Below, in pieces: positions 21,535 to 32,833 of a DNA stretch of 64,000 nucleotides; the first letter of the stretch is position 1, and every line of letters begins with the position of its first letter. This DNA comes from a bacterium. GTDB taxonomy: Bacteria > UBA8248 > JACPRG01 > G963555815. Position numbers and translations under genes: made by a program. The stretch covers positions 160,001-224,000 of the forward strand of contig CBDHDG010000004.1 of the NCBI GenBank assembly GCA_965261595.1. Reading direction: 5' to 3'. The notes below the pieces were generated by a model. The model saw only the letters and a list, made by a program, of their open reading frames with translations, was not told the origin of the DNA and made no database searches.

Positions 21535-22589
21535 CAGACACCGCCCGGAAAGCCGCGCCTTATGCGCTGATCGGTCTGGCCGGTCTGTTCGCCCCCTACA
21601 TCGCCCCTTCGATCCTCATCCAGCTTTCGTTGCTCTGGTTGATGGTGCTCTTCGCCCTGACTTGGGATCTCGGGGGCGGACAAATGGGCTACAACTCCTT
21701 CGGCAACATCCTGTTCTTCGGCATCGGCTGCTACGTGACCGTGGTGGTGAAGCGGGAGTTGTTTTTCAACATCGAGGAATATAAGAACGTCACCGGCGAA
21801 GGAGCGAGGTCGTTGACGGTGTTGGAATATTTCATGGGATTCTCCCTGGGATCGGCGCTTTCGGCCGTGATCGGTCTCGCCGTGGCGGCAGTGCTGGGCT
21901 CGGGGATCCTGGGTCTGCGGGGGCACTACTTCGCCATCTGCACCCTGGGGATCGGCGTGGCCGCGGGCGAGATCGCCAGCGGATGGGAATACGTCGGGGC
22001 AGGCTCGGGCCTGGTCGCGCCCATCTACCCGGGGGATCCGGATGAACGCGGGATCTTCTTCTACTACCTGTTTTTTGTTCTGGCTGTCATCTGCTTCTTC
22101 ACGCTCAAGCGTCTCTATGCGGGCCGTTTCGGCCTCGCCATCAACGCCATCCGCGACGACGAAGACAAGGCCGAGGCCATGGGCATTCGCACCACCCGCT
22201 ACAAAACCGCCGCCTGGTGCATCTCGGCGTTCTTTCTGTCCCTTGCCGGCGCCGCCTTCGGACATCTGAACAATTTCATCGATCGGGAGGTGGCCTTCCC
22301 CGGCGCCACTTTCGGCGTGTGGATGGTGCTCATGGCGATCCTCGGGGGCAAGGGCACCCTTTGGGGGCCGGTGATCGGCGCGGCCCTTTTTCATGTCGCC
22401 CAGGAGTTGTTCTGGACCTTTTTTCTGGGATGGCAGCGGATCGCCCTGGGACTTCTCATCGTGATCATCGTCGTGTTTTTCCCCCTCGGAATTATGGGGT
22501 GGCTGCGCGTGAGGTGGCCCGAGAAATTCGGCGAAACGGTGGACCTGGAGGTCCGCATCGCGTCCGGGTCCGCCGGGGAACGCCCATGA
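21531..22589 (+). CDS. livM: branched-chain amino acid ABC permease (LivM-like)
   Basis: GYNSFGN, LRGHYFAICTLG, AIRDDEDKAEAMGI, ILGGKGTLWGP. Confidence 0.85.
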   Translation: MTDTARKAAPYALIGLAGLFAPYIAPSILIQLSLLWLMVLFALTWDLGGGQMGYNSFGNILFFGIGCYVTVVVKRELFFNIEEYKNVTGEGARSLTVLEYFMGFSLGSALSAVIGLAVAAVLGSGILGLRGHYFAICTLGIGVAAGEIASGWEYVGAGSGLVAPIYPGDPDERGIFFYYLFFVLAVICFFTLKRLYAGRFGLAINAIRDDEDKAEAMGIRTTRYKTAAWCISAFFLSLAGAAFGHLNNFIDREVAFPGATFGVWMVLMAILGGKGTLWGPVIGAALFHVAQELFWTFFLGWQRIALGLLIVIIVVFFPLGIMGWLRVRWPEKFGETVDLEVRIASGSAGERP

Positions 22590-23329
22590 CGCCCATCCTT
22601 GAAGTGAGCGACGCAACCAAGTCGTTCGGCGGCGTCATCGCCAACCAACGAATCAGTTTGAGCGTCCCCAAGGGCCGCATCATCGGTCTCATCGGTCCCA
22701 ACGGGTCGGGGAAAACAACCCTCTTCAACTCGATTGTCGGCTTTCATCCCGTCGAAAGCGGCTCCATCCGGTTCGAGGGCGCCGAGATTACGCGCCTGCG
22801 CGTGCCGGAGATCGCGCGCCTGGGCCTGTTGCGCACCTTTCAGCAGACCCGCGTCTACTCACGGATGAGCTGCGTAAAGAACATGCAGATCAGCGCGCCC
22901 CACATCCAGGAAGGCCTGCGCGCCATGTTTTCCGAAAACCCGCCGGCGGCGGCGGAGCGGGCGGAAGACCTCCTGGAGTTCGTCGGGCTCTATCCCAAAC
23001 GTCATCTGCTTGCGGGCGAGCTCTCCTTCGGCCAGCAAAAACTCCTGGAATTCGCCATGGCCCTGATGAACGAGCCGAAGTTGCTGCTCCTCGACGAGCC
23101 GACGGCAGGCATCAATCCCACCTTGATTAACAGCTTGATAGAGCGCCTCCAGCGCGTAAACGCCGAGATCGGAATCACCCTGTTCGTCATCGAGCACAAC
23201 ATGCGCGTCATCATGAACCTGGCCGAGCACATCTACTGCCTGGCCCACGGTGAGTTGCTGGCCGACGGTCCGCCCGAGAAGATCCGTTCCGACCCGCGCG
23301 TGATCGACGCCTATCTGGGGGCTAGGTGA
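22586..23329 (+). CDS. livG: ABC ATP-binding protein (LivG-like)
   Basis: GPNGSGKTT, LSFGQQK, LLLDEPTAG, IEHNM, VIDAYLG. Confidence 0.88.
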   Translation: MTPILEVSDATKSFGGVIANQRISLSVPKGRIIGLIGPNGSGKTTLFNSIVGFHPVESGSIRFEGAEITRLRVPEIARLGLLRTFQQTRVYSRMSCVKNMQISAPHIQEGLRAMFSENPPAAAERAEDLLEFVGLYPKRHLLAGELSFGQQKLLEFAMALMNEPKLLLLDEPTAGINPTLINSLIERLQRVNAEIGITLFVIEHNMRVIMNLAEHIYCLAHGELLADGPPEKIRSDPRVIDAYLGAR

Positions 23330-24186
23330 TGGCGGAGCATGCCTCTGGCGAGACGGGGAACACAGGGGCCTTTCCTTCCCTCGAAGGCGAAGCGGGACTG
23401 ACCGTCAACAGGGGTCCCTCGCGTGAGCGCGTCGCCGAGCTGGCCGGGCGGGAACCCTTGATCCAAATCGACGGCCTGGTCGCCGGCTACGGCAAGATGG
23501 AAATCCTTCACGGGGTCGACCTGCAAGTCGGCGCCGGCCAGTCGCTGTGCCTCATCGGCCCCAACGGCGCGGGCAAATCCACAGTGCTGCATTCGATCTA
23601 CGGATTCACCAACATCATGGACGGGGCCATCACGGTTCAGGGAAGCGACATCACCCGGCTCAGTCCTGATGAGAAGCTCAAGACGGCGGGCATCGCCTAT
23701 GTGCTTCAGGATAATTCCATTTTCCCCGACATGTCGGTCGAGGAGAATTTGTGGATGGGCGGCTTTCTGATGGACACCCCAGGGGAGGCCAAAGAGGCGG
23801 CGGAAAGGATTTTCCGGGAATATCCCCGTCTGGCCGAGCGGCGGCGCCTGCGGGCGGGCATCCTGTCGGGCGGCGAGCGGCGGTTGCTTGAAATCGCCCG
23901 GGCCCTGGTCATGGAGCCGCGTATCTTGTTGATCGATGAGCCTTCCCTCGGCCTCGAGCCCCGCTTCATCGACATGGTTTTCGAGATCCTCACCGACCTC
24001 CAGGAGACACACGGCAAGACCATCGTGATGGTCGAGCAAAACGCGAAGAAGGGTCTGGAGTTCGCGGACATCGGGTATGTCCTCGTCTCGGGCGAGATCG
24101 CGATGGCCGAGAGAGGCGACGCCCTCCTCCGAGACCCCGAGGTGGGCCGTCTTTTCCTGGGCGGCGAGCATGCGCCGGCGTCATAG
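23329..24186 (+). CDS. livF: ABC ATP-binding protein (LivF-like)
   Basis: GPNGAGKST, LSGGERR, LIDEPSLGL, VEQNA. Confidence 0.88.
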   Translation: MAEHASGETGNTGAFPSLEGEAGLTVNRGPSRERVAELAGREPLIQIDGLVAGYGKMEILHGVDLQVGAGQSLCLIGPNGAGKSTVLHSIYGFTNIMDGAITVQGSDITRLSPDEKLKTAGIAYVLQDNSIFPDMSVEENLWMGGFLMDTPGEAKEAAERIFREYPRLAERRRLRAGILSGGERRLLEIARALVMEPRILLIDEPSLGLEPRFIDMVFEILTDLQETHGKTIVMVEQNAKKGLEFADIGYVLVSGEIAMAERGDALLRDPEVGRLFLGGEHAPAS

Positions 24187-24456
24187 CGGGCCAGCCCCCA
24201 CCCTCGACACGAAGTTTCCCCTCCCGCCATGAGAAGGGAGTAAACTGCCGGGAAAGCGGTCCGTCCGCCCGGACAGGCTGATGCACCTCTCCATTCAATC
24301 CTTTCTGAAATCCCTCCCCTTCGGGCGCGTTTCCGGATTCGGAAAGAACCTTGTTCTGTTTGAAAGGATTTCACGGATGATACACGATAGAGATTCTGCC
24401 GCCCGACGTCCCGGGCCGCCGGCCTCGGGTCCGCCACCGGCCCGCTGGGACTCTCC

Positions 24457-25353
24457 GTGAGCGCCATCGCGCTCGCCCAGATATTCGCCCTTCTCACCGC
24501 GTTCGGTTTTGCGGCGGGCGATACGGCCGTTCTTTTCGCGCTGCGAACCTCGACCCCCATCACGGGGATTTTGACGCTATCGGCGATCACCCTCCTGATT
24601 TACGGGCCGATTGCGCTCGCCACCTATCCGGTCTCGGAAATCGGGCTTCAGGGTTTCTTTATTTTTCTGGCCGCGGGCATTGCGTCGCCGGGTCTGGCCG
24701 GGACGTTTCTGTACATGAGTTTTCGTCGCATCGGCCTCTCCCGCTCCATCACGATCTCATCCTCCGCGCCGCTGTTCACGATCCTGTTCGCCGTCATCAC
24801 CCTGGGCGAGCGGCCCACGGCCGGGGTTTATCTCGGAACCCTCTTGATCGTGGCCGGCGTGATGGTCTTGGCGCAGGAGCAGCGGTCACATTCCAAAAGC
24901 CTAGCGGAAGGGAAATCCGTGTGGCACGCCTTTATTTTCGTGATCCTGGCCACGATCATGTTTGTGTTGGCCGCGATTTTTCGGAAGATCGGGGTTGCGT
25001 TGATCCCCAGCCTGAGCGTCGGCCTATCCATCTCGGCCATGGGCGGCCTCCTGGTCGTCGCCCTGTGGCATCCCTTTTTACCAAAAGCGGACCGCGTCAG
25101 GATCGCCCGGCCGGCCCTGGGGTTTTTCATCATCAGCGGCATTCTCTCCAGCTCGGGACACCTGGCGTTCTTCGCCGCGCTCCAAAGAGGACCCCTGTCC
25201 ATCGTGGCCCCCCTGGTCTACACGTCGCCCCTTTTCGCCTTGGTTCTGGCCTGGTTGTTGATACGCGAAGAGGAACGCCTGAACGCCCGCGTGGTGTTCG
25301 GCGCGATCCTTATCTGCGCCGGGGCGGCCCTGGTGACGATGTCGCGCGCCTGA
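24457..25353 (+). CDS. DMT/EamA family transporter
   Basis: About ten TM helices in two repeats, LGERP and EEERL motifs. Confidence 0.85.
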   Translation: MSAIALAQIFALLTAFGFAAGDTAVLFALRTSTPITGILTLSAITLLIYGPIALATYPVSEIGLQGFFIFLAAGIASPGLAGTFLYMSFRRIGLSRSITISSSAPLFTILFAVITLGERPTAGVYLGTLLIVAGVMVLAQEQRSHSKSLAEGKSVWHAFIFVILATIMFVLAAIFRKIGVALIPSLSVGLSISAMGGLLVVALWHPFLPKADRVRIARPALGFFIISGILSSSGHLAFFAALQRGPLSIVAPLVYTSPLFALVLAWLLIREEERLNARVVFGAILICAGAALVTMSRA

Positions 25354-25410
25354 GAAAACTCACCCCCTGCGGCGCCGGCGCGCCTCGGTGGGCCCGGAAT
25401 GGAACACGCG

Positions 25411-26661
25411 ATGAAGTATTTCTCATTCGTCAAAACGAACGGCCGGTTCCTCGCGTTCGGGCTGATCATGGCCCTGTTTTCGGGTTTCGGACAGACGTAT
25501 TTCATCGCCCTGTTCAGCGCCGAGCTCCGCGCCGCCTTCGGTCTGACCCACGGCGGTTTCGGCTCCATCTACGCCGCCGCCACGCTGGCCAGCGGGCTTT
25601 GCGTAATCTGGCTGGGCAGAAAGATCGACCAGGTGGACCTGCGGCTTTACGCTGTGCTGGTCTGCGTGGGGTTGATCCTCGGCTGTTTCTTGATGTCGGT
25701 GGTTCCGTCCGTCGCCCTGCTCTATTTCTCGATCTTCGCGATGCGTCTCACGGGCCAGGGGCTCATGAGCCATACGTCCGTCACGAGCATGGTGCGTTAC
25801 TTCGAAGGAGAGCGAGGCAAGGCGGTCAGCATCGCGGCCCTTGGTTTTCCCACGGGGGCGGCCGTGTTTCCGCTGATCGGCGTGGCCTTGAATCGGACCC
25901 TCGGCTGGCGGGGCGCCTGGAGCGCGATTGGCGTTGTTCTGGCCGTGACGCTCATTCCCCTCATCCTCTGGCTGCTTAAAGGGCACGGCGAGCGCCACCG
26001 AAGGTTTTTGAAGCGGGCCATCGGTGCGGGGACCGCCGCCGGCTTGTCGATACGACAATGGACCCGCCGGGAGGTTTTTCGGGATTTACGCTTCTATCTC
26101 ATCCTGCCCTCGGTGGTCGCGCCCTCTTTCATCATGACGGGGTTCTTCTTTCATCAGGTCCACCTCGTAGAGGCCAAGGCCTGGAGCATGACTTGGTTCG
26201 CCGCCTGCTACGTGGCCTTTTCCGCCGCAACGATTGCGACCTCGCTCCTCTCGGGTCCGCTCATCGACCGCGTGGGGGCGTGGCGCCTGATGCCTTTCGT
26301 CTGCCCGCCTATGGGGGTGGCCCTGTGGATTCTCGCGGCCGCCGATTCGCCGATTGTCGCGCTCCTGTTCCTGACGGTTTCCGGCGTCACCTCGGGCGCG
26401 AACTTTACCATCGTCGGCGCGGTCTGGGCGGAGCTTTACGGGGTCGCGCACGTGGGAGCAATCCGAGCTACGGTCGCGGCCTTGATGGTGTTCGCCAGCG
26501 CGCTATCCCCGGTGTCGATGGGCCGGCTGATTGACGGCGGCGTTACGATGGAGACGATCTCCGTCTTGTGTCTCGTCTACGTGGTTGTCGCGACGGCTCT
26601 TGTTTGGGTCGCCGGCCGAGGGGGGCCGAACCCCGCCTCCGTCGAAGTGGGAGGGGAATGA
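25411..26661 (+). CDS. MFS transporter
   Basis: SGFGQTYFIALF, GRKIDQ, GPLIDRVG; about twelve TM helices. Confidence 0.85.
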   Translation: MKYFSFVKTNGRFLAFGLIMALFSGFGQTYFIALFSAELRAAFGLTHGGFGSIYAAATLASGLCVIWLGRKIDQVDLRLYAVLVCVGLILGCFLMSVVPSVALLYFSIFAMRLTGQGLMSHTSVTSMVRYFEGERGKAVSIAALGFPTGAAVFPLIGVALNRTLGWRGAWSAIGVVLAVTLIPLILWLLKGHGERHRRFLKRAIGAGTAAGLSIRQWTRREVFRDLRFYLILPSVVAPSFIMTGFFFHQVHLVEAKAWSMTWFAACYVAFSAATIATSLLSGPLIDRVGAWRLMPFVCPPMGVALWILAAADSPIVALLFLTVSGVTSGANFTIVGAVWAELYGVAHVGAIRATVAALMVFASALSPVSMGRLIDGGVTMETISVLCLVYVVVATALVWVAGRGGPNPASVEVGGE

Positions 26662-26668
26662 AAGCCTC

Positions 26669-27872
26669 TCAATACGCACCGCCGCCCGGTTCCAGCCCCA
26701 GGGCGAAGCGCCCGTACAAAATTCCCGCGGCGTCCCAGTTGTTGGTGATGTGCATCGCCCCCGCGTGGACGTTGCGCCACTCGCGCTGAACGGGGTTATC
26801 GTTGAACATCCCTTTGGCGCCGACGGATTCATACAATCGGTCCACGGCCCGCACGAGAAGCCTGACGGCGAAGGCGTGGTCGCGCCGGTTCCGAAGTCGA
26901 AGATCCAGCCCGAGCCCCGCGCCGCCCGGAGCCATCGCGTCTTGGATGTCCGTGCAGACGCGCAACAGCAGCAAGCGGGCGGCGTCGATGGAATCCGCCG
27001 CTTCGGCGACACGAAGCTGAATCGTCGGAAGCTCCGAGAGGTGCAGGCGGGGGCCGCTGAACGCACCCTGCGTAGTCCGAGCGCGCAGGGCCTCGACGTA
27101 ATGATCCAGCGCGCCCTGGGCCATCCCCAGCAGGGGCGAGCAGAGACAGATCGGGATCGCGGCGAGAAACGGGATCCGGAAGAGCGGCCCCGGATGGACC
27201 GCCGCGCCGGGGGGATTTCTCGAGCCCGCTTGCGCGACGGTCAGGACGCGATGCGCGGGAACGAACGCCTCATCAAGCACTGCCCGTGCCTGAAAGTCCC
27301 AGGACGTGCCAGTTGTCCTCGATCCGGTAGTCCGCCCTCGGGACGAGAAAAAAGCATTGTTGGGGAGAGGCGTCCCCGCTTCCGGGATCGGTCTTTCCGC
27401 CGATGATCGTCCATTGGGTGTTGTCGCACCCGCTCGCAAATCCCCATGCGCCGCTCAGCCTGTATCCCCCTTCGACGGCTTCGACCCCGCCCGATGGCGG
27501 ATAGGACGAGGACGCCAGGGTGTCGGGATCGGATTTCCAAACGTCGTCCTGCGCCTGCTCCGGAAACATGCCGATGTGCCATTGATGCATGGCCGCCACG
27601 CTGTAAACCCACGCGGTCGCCCCACAACCGCGGCCAATCTCATCGATGATACGGACGAAGGCGTCCAGGCCGTATTCGAACCCCCCGTACCGGACGGGCT
27701 GAAGGACGCGAAACAGTCCGGCCTCGCGCAGGTCCTTCATGGTTTCCTCCGACACGCGGCGGTCGCGCTCGGCGGTCTCCGCCCTTTCGCGCAGGACCGG
27801 GATCAATGCCCGGGCGCGGTGGACCAGGTCGTCAGGTTTCAAGTCTCGTTCTCCGAATGCGAGATCGACCAC
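26669..27872 (-). pseudogene. acyl-CoA-dehydrogenase-fold flavin-dependent monooxygenase (HsaA-like), frameshift near 27290
   Basis: AGLFRVLQP.RYGG, LSGAWGFASGC, WHVLGLSGTGS, then NPVQREWRNVHAG..H in the second frame. Confidence 0.8.
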
Positions 27873-28150
27873 CCTAGCCGGGAGCTTCCGTGAAACCGCA
27901 GTTTACCAACTCGCGACCGGCGAAGCGGATTTCTCTCGGTCCGATCCGGTCCTTCCGCGCTTCACAAGCCGTGATGGATTTTCTGTTATTTCTCTTGGGG
28001 AAGAACGCGGACCTTGTCCTGCCGATCTTGATGGTTGCGGGCGCGGGTATGCGCGCATGGTGTGATGGAAAAATGGGTGTCCGCGGGGGGGAAGTGAATC
28101 AAACATTCAGCGTCGCGGACAGGCCCTTGGGCCTGCCCGGCGGAAGCATC

Positions 28151-28594
28151 TTATCCTTCCGCCTCCCCCTTCCACCCCTCCGTCGGCCGGGAAGCGGGCC
28201 ACCGGGGGCCTTCCTGTCTCATCCGGACGAGACGGCCCATCCAGTTGATGACCGCCTTCTTGTACATCCACTTCTCGACCAGGACGAGACGGCCCATATC
28301 GGGCGCGGAAGGGATCATGGCGTCCGTCCAGCGGATCTCCCCGGCCACGAGGCGGCGGACGGTTTCGCGGTCGGTCTCGAAGTGGGTGAAGTCCGGATGA
28401 TTCCGGGTCTCGGGACCGCCGGCCCCTTCGGCGAATGTCAGCGCCCCGCCGGACACCTCGATTCGGAAGGACTCGCCGTCGGCGACGAGGAACCGGACGG
28501 TCTGGTCCAGATCGGACAGGACCGCCCGCGTGTCTTCCCTTTGGTTGAGCCCTTCGAAGAAGGACCGGGCTGACTCCATTGCTTCATCCCTCAT
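28151..28594 (-). CDS. hypothetical protein (SCP2/sterol-carrier-like)
   Basis: Co-oriented ORF within the gene run; V.FLV.DGESF.I.V.GG.L pattern. Confidence 0.5.
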   Translation of the reverse strand: MRDEAMESARSFFEGLNQREDTRAVLSDLDQTVRFLVADGESFRIEVSGGALTFAEGAGGPETRNHPDFTHFETDRETVRRLVAGEIRWTDAMIPSAPDMGRLVLVEKWMYKKAVINWMGRLVRMRQEGPRWPASRPTEGWKGEAEG

Positions 28595-28607
28595 TTCAGG
28601 CGCGCGC

Positions 28608-29690
28608 TCAAGGAACCTCCGCCAGAAGCGCGTCCGGATCTCCGTACTTGGCCGCGACCTCCCGGACCTCCGGGTCGTCCAGGATCAGGAGCCTCCCGGC
28701 GTCGATCACCCTTTGGCCCGCGTGATCCAGCGTGGGCTTCAACCCCCCGCCGTCCCAATGAAAGTCGCTCCAGATCCCCTCGAAGGGCCATAGGCCGAAC
28801 CCGATGTGGTAGACGCCGGCGCGCCGGTAGAGCAGGGTGTCGCAGGCCCGTTGTTTGAGACCTTCCCGGAGGCTGACGACGGGGCTGATCCCCCACGTGA
28901 TCTCGCAGCAATAATCGGCGTTGGGATAGCGCTTCATCATCTCGTTGAACCAGCGGGCCTCTTCGCCTCCCGAGCATTGCACGACCCGCTGTTCTTTGAT
29001 GAGCAGGTCCACCGGCTCGCTCAGGATGCCCGCCGTCCCCTCCCACGTCTCGAAGACGATCCGCCCGTTCACCGGCGGCGCCGGGTAGAGGGCGACGTTT
29101 CCGAAGGGAAAAAAAATCCAGGCCCCGCCCCGCAGCTTCCCGCCGCCCGAAAAGCCCGCCCCGTCCGGCCAGGCCTTGAGCCTCCCGCGGATATCCGTCC
29201 CGGTGGGTTCAGTCATGTGAAACTCGGCGTCCTGAACGAGGCCCGCGGACTTGCGCATGATGGTCCGGGCGATCTCAATCGGGTACCGCGCCCAATCCGA
29301 CGCGAGGAGGGCGCGCGTCGGCGTCATGCAGGCAGTGATTCGCAGGTCGTACTCGAACAGGCATCGCAGGATATGAATGTTGTCGATGGACGCAACGTTC
29401 AGGAGGGGAAGAAGCTGGATGACGCTGTGGCTCGCCTGGAGGGCCGCTTCGGTCGCCGCGCTCATCCGCTCGCCGAGGCGAAACTCGGGCGCCCGGTCCT
29501 GAAGGAGCGTCACTGTGGCACCGGCCTCTTCGGCGGCCTCGATCATCGCCTCCGCGACGCCGGGCTCGGGCGGCTCGTCGCGGTCGATCCAGACGAGGAC
29601 GGTCTCGCCCGGACCGACGCCTGAGTAGTTCAGGACGCAGTTGCGCGCACCTTCCTTTAGATCGGTCTCGTTCACGGTTGGATCGGGCAT
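28608..29690 (-). CDS. M29/leucyl-aminopeptidase-like fold protein (possible NicX-type dioxygenase relative)
   Basis: GVGPGETVLV, TEPTGTDI.G, NGRIVF, CCEITWG, HIGFG, HWD pattern. Confidence 0.55.
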   Translation of the reverse strand: MPDPTVNETDLKEGARNCVLNYSGVGPGETVLVWIDRDEPPEPGVAEAMIEAAEEAGATVTLLQDRAPEFRLGERMSAATEAALQASHSVIQLLPLLNVASIDNIHILRCLFEYDLRITACMTPTRALLASDWARYPIEIARTIMRKSAGLVQDAEFHMTEPTGTDIRGRLKAWPDGAGFSGGGKLRGGAWIFFPFGNVALYPAPPVNGRIVFETWEGTAGILSEPVDLLIKEQRVVQCSGGEEARWFNEMMKRYPNADYCCEITWGISPVVSLREGLKQRACDTLLYRRAGVYHIGFGLWPFEGIWSDFHWDGGGLKPTLDHAGQRVIDAGRLLILDDPEVREVAAKYGDPDALLAEVP

Positions 29691-29777
29691 TTCACGAATT
29701 CCTCGTCAAGACGTCCGGGACGGCGCGCCTTCCGCGCCGCCCCGGACAACCAAAGACCTTTCGCTGGAACATGGGAC

Positions 29778-30816
29778 TTAATACTGGACGTTCATTTTCC
29801 GTTTTGGCACATACTTCACGTGGTACTTCGTGGTGTAGATGGAGCTCAAAGGCGCCTTCCTGGGTAGCTTGAAGTACTTGACCAGGGTGTCCCGCGTGTA
29901 TTCCATCTTTTTTGCGTCCTGAAAACCGATGCCGTTTTTCGTGGCGGTCGGGGTCAGAAGGTGGTCCATGGTCATTTCCCACATGTCCGCGGCGATGCCC
30001 CGGTTGGATTGGGGGTACTTCTTCATGAAGGCGGCGATGGCCGCTTTCGGGTTCTCAACGGCCCAGTTGTGGCCCTTGAGAATCGCCTGCGTCACTTTGC
30101 GGACCATGTTCTCGTTCGACTTGATCACGCTGTGGGTCGCGAAAATGCCGTTGGAGTAAATGTCCACGCCGAAGTCGCTGTAGAGAACCGAGCCGATCCG
30201 CTTGCCGATCTTGGCCGCCCCGCGGGCGAGGATGGGGTAGCTCGCGTTATAGCAGGCCCACACCGTCGATGCTGCCCTTGAGCACGGCCGGGATGCTGAC
30301 GCCGGGACCCATATCCACCCACTTCACCTTACCCAGGTCCACATTGTTGATCGCGGCCAGGGCGGGAAAAATCACGCGCGACCCGTCGCCCGGCGTCGCC
30401 GCGATTGACCGCCCCTCCAAGTCCTTGGGCGTCTTGATGCCTTTGCTCTTCAACGAGAAAATCACGTACATGGATTTGTCGTGAATGACGGCCGTCGACA
30501 TGAGCGGCCTTTCCTGGTTCCGGTCCGCATAGATGATCTGCGCGGCGATGTCGGCGAACCCAATCGGGGCCACGCCCGAGGCGACGTCTTTCACCGTGCG
30601 GCCCGAGCCGAACCCCCGCACAAAGTTGATGTCAATTCCGGACGCCTTGAAGTAGCCCTCACTCAAAGCCCCCGTAAAACCGGCGTGTTTACCGATTGGA
30701 ACCCAATCCAACGGAAACGTGACCTTCTCGGCGGCTTTGGCGGGGCCCAGGTTGAAACAGAACAAGACGGCGGCGATGGCGATCCCAACCGTCAGAAACC
30801 GGTGGATTCTTTTCAT
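29778..30816 (-). pseudogene. NMT1/THI5-type ABC substrate-binding protein, frameshift near 30262
   Basis: Signal peptide, LDWVPIGKHAG, RGFGSG, PKDLEGR; continues YSDFGVDIYSNG in the second frame. Confidence 0.8.
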
Positions 30817-30991
30817 TTCACTCTTCTCCTTTGAACCGATGTCCCGAAAGGCCGCGGAAAGACACAACCTGCCCTTCCTGTCTGAATTTAAAACGGAATT
30901 TCCTATATTAAGACCTTGGCAAACTCTCCCGCTTGGATTATATTTGATCTCGTGAATGAAGATTGGATAACCCAAGCAAGGAGAGAATGTC

Positions 30992-31870
30992 ATGGACATC
31001 ATACAGGTTTTCGAGCAGTTTCCAACCCAAAAATCATGCATCGAACATCTTGAGGCGGCGCGGTGGAGGGGTACGCCGTGCTGTATGTACTGCGGATCCA
31101 TCAAGGTGGCCCGACACATTAAACGGTGGCGGTGCTATGACTGCCGGACCTCCTTCAGCGTTATGGTTGGCACGATCTTTCATCACACGCACCTTCCCCT
31201 TCAGAAATGGTTCCTGGCGATCTCCCTCATCCTGAACGCCAAGAAGGGGCTGTCCGCCCTTCAGCTTTCGCGCGATCTCAAGGTGAACAAGAACACGGCT
31301 TGGCGCATTGCCATGCAGATCCGAAAGTCCATGACGCAGGCCGGGCAACGAGAAATGCTCACCGGGATCGTGGAGATGGACGAAACCTATGTGGGCGGAA
31401 AACCACGGAAGGGAACCGGCAAGAAGGGTGACACATCGAAGCGCGGGCGCGGAACGGACAAGGCCCCCGTGGTCGGCGCTGTGGAGCGAGGCGGCCGGGT
31501 GACGGCCAAGGCCGTGAAGAAGGGGAGCATGAAGGCTAAGCACCTGAGAGCCTTTGTCCGGGAGCGAATCAAGACACATGAATCCGAGTTGATCACGGAT
31601 GAATACAAGGGCTATCTCGGAATGTCGAAAGTTCTCCCCCACAGGGTCATCCGTCACGACAAATGGTATGTGGACGGTGACATCCACACGAATACGATTG
31701 ACGGCTTCTGGGCCTTGCTGAAACGCGGGATGTTCGGCCAGTTCCACAGTGTGAGCCGGAAGCACCTGCAACGTTACGTGGACGAGTTCTGCTTCCGATT
31801 CAACCTGCGCGAGTCCGATCCCATTATGGCGTTCGAGTTTACCATCAACAGGGGTATGGGGGTGGCATGA
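30992..31870 (+). CDS. IS1595-family transposase
   Basis: Zn ribbon CMYCGS/CYDC, VEMDETYVGG, ITDEY, HTNTIDGFW, YVDEFCFRFN. Confidence 0.95.
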   Translation: MDIIQVFEQFPTQKSCIEHLEAARWRGTPCCMYCGSIKVARHIKRWRCYDCRTSFSVMVGTIFHHTHLPLQKWFLAISLILNAKKGLSALQLSRDLKVNKNTAWRIAMQIRKSMTQAGQREMLTGIVEMDETYVGGKPRKGTGKKGDTSKRGRGTDKAPVVGAVERGGRVTAKAVKKGSMKAKHLRAFVRERIKTHESELITDEYKGYLGMSKVLPHRVIRHDKWYVDGDIHTNTIDGFWALLKRGMFGQFHSVSRKHLQRYVDEFCFRFNLRESDPIMAFEFTINRGMGVA

Positions 31871-32769
31871 TGAGGGATAAACCACTGGAAGTCATTGCAG
31901 GCGCGCCGGATAGACCGTTGAGCATCGGGGATATCGAGATTCAATGCTACGTCCTGGAAGACGAGACAAGAGTTTTGTCACAATCCGGGATGTTCGCTGG
32001 ACTTGGACTCGCTCGAAGTGGACTGGTCCAAATCGGCGGCGGGGCGCAAATGCCTCGTTTTGCCACCTCAAAATCTCTCAAGCCCTATATTCCCAATGAA
32101 TTAACGGCGGGTCTAAGTTCTCCAAAAATATTTCAGCCGGTCAGGGGGGGGAGAACGGCGTACGGATTGGTAGCGACCATCTTGGCTGACATTTGCGAAG
32201 CAGTGCTTCTTGCGAGAGGTGCAGGATCATTGACAAATAAACAGGAACGCTTAGCGGACAGATGCGAATTTCTTATGAGAGGATTTGCTCGTGTCGGAAT
32301 CATAGCCCTCGTTGACGAGGCGACTGGCTATCAACGCATTCGGGAAGAACGCGCCCTTGCCAAAATCCTTGAAAGATACATTGCCGATGAACTGCAACCG
32401 TGGACAAAGACATTTCCCTACAACTTTTATGAGGGAATTGTCAAACTGAAACAGTGGCCGTCGATATATGCAATCAAACGCCCTTCCATCATTGGTCGAT
32501 ACACCAACAATATCGTCTACGAGCGCATAGAGGACGGTTTGTATCATGCGCTTAGAAGGAAAAACCCCAAGCTCCCAGCTGGGTACAGGAAGCATAAACA
32601 TCATCAGTGGTTCACGCCTGAGCATGGTCATCCCAAGCTGGAGGAACATATCTCCAATGTCAGCACCCTTATGCGAGTTGCGGCAAATTGGAAGTCGTTT
32701 TATGAGACCTTGCTCCCGAGAGCATTTCCCAAAAAGCGCGAGCAGATACCCTTGGCACTGGATGATTGA
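31870..32769 (+). CDS. P63C-domain protein (passenger)
   Basis: IQCYVLEDETRVLS, FARVGIIALVDEATGYQ, PWTKTFP..FY, KHHQW. Confidence 0.85.
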   Translation: MRDKPLEVIAGAPDRPLSIGDIEIQCYVLEDETRVLSQSGMFAGLGLARSGLVQIGGGAQMPRFATSKSLKPYIPNELTAGLSSPKIFQPVRGGRTAYGLVATILADICEAVLLARGAGSLTNKQERLADRCEFLMRGFARVGIIALVDEATGYQRIREERALAKILERYIADELQPWTKTFPYNFYEGIVKLKQWPSIYAIKRPSIIGRYTNNIVYERIEDGLYHALRRKNPKLPAGYRKHKHHQWFTPEHGHPKLEEHISNVSTLMRVAANWKSFYETLLPRAFPKKREQIPLALDD

Positions 32770-32833
32770 TATGACCGCCCCAAGTTGAGATAACGCTGGC
32801 CTGTCGGGGAACATATTATCATAAGGTCTTAAT

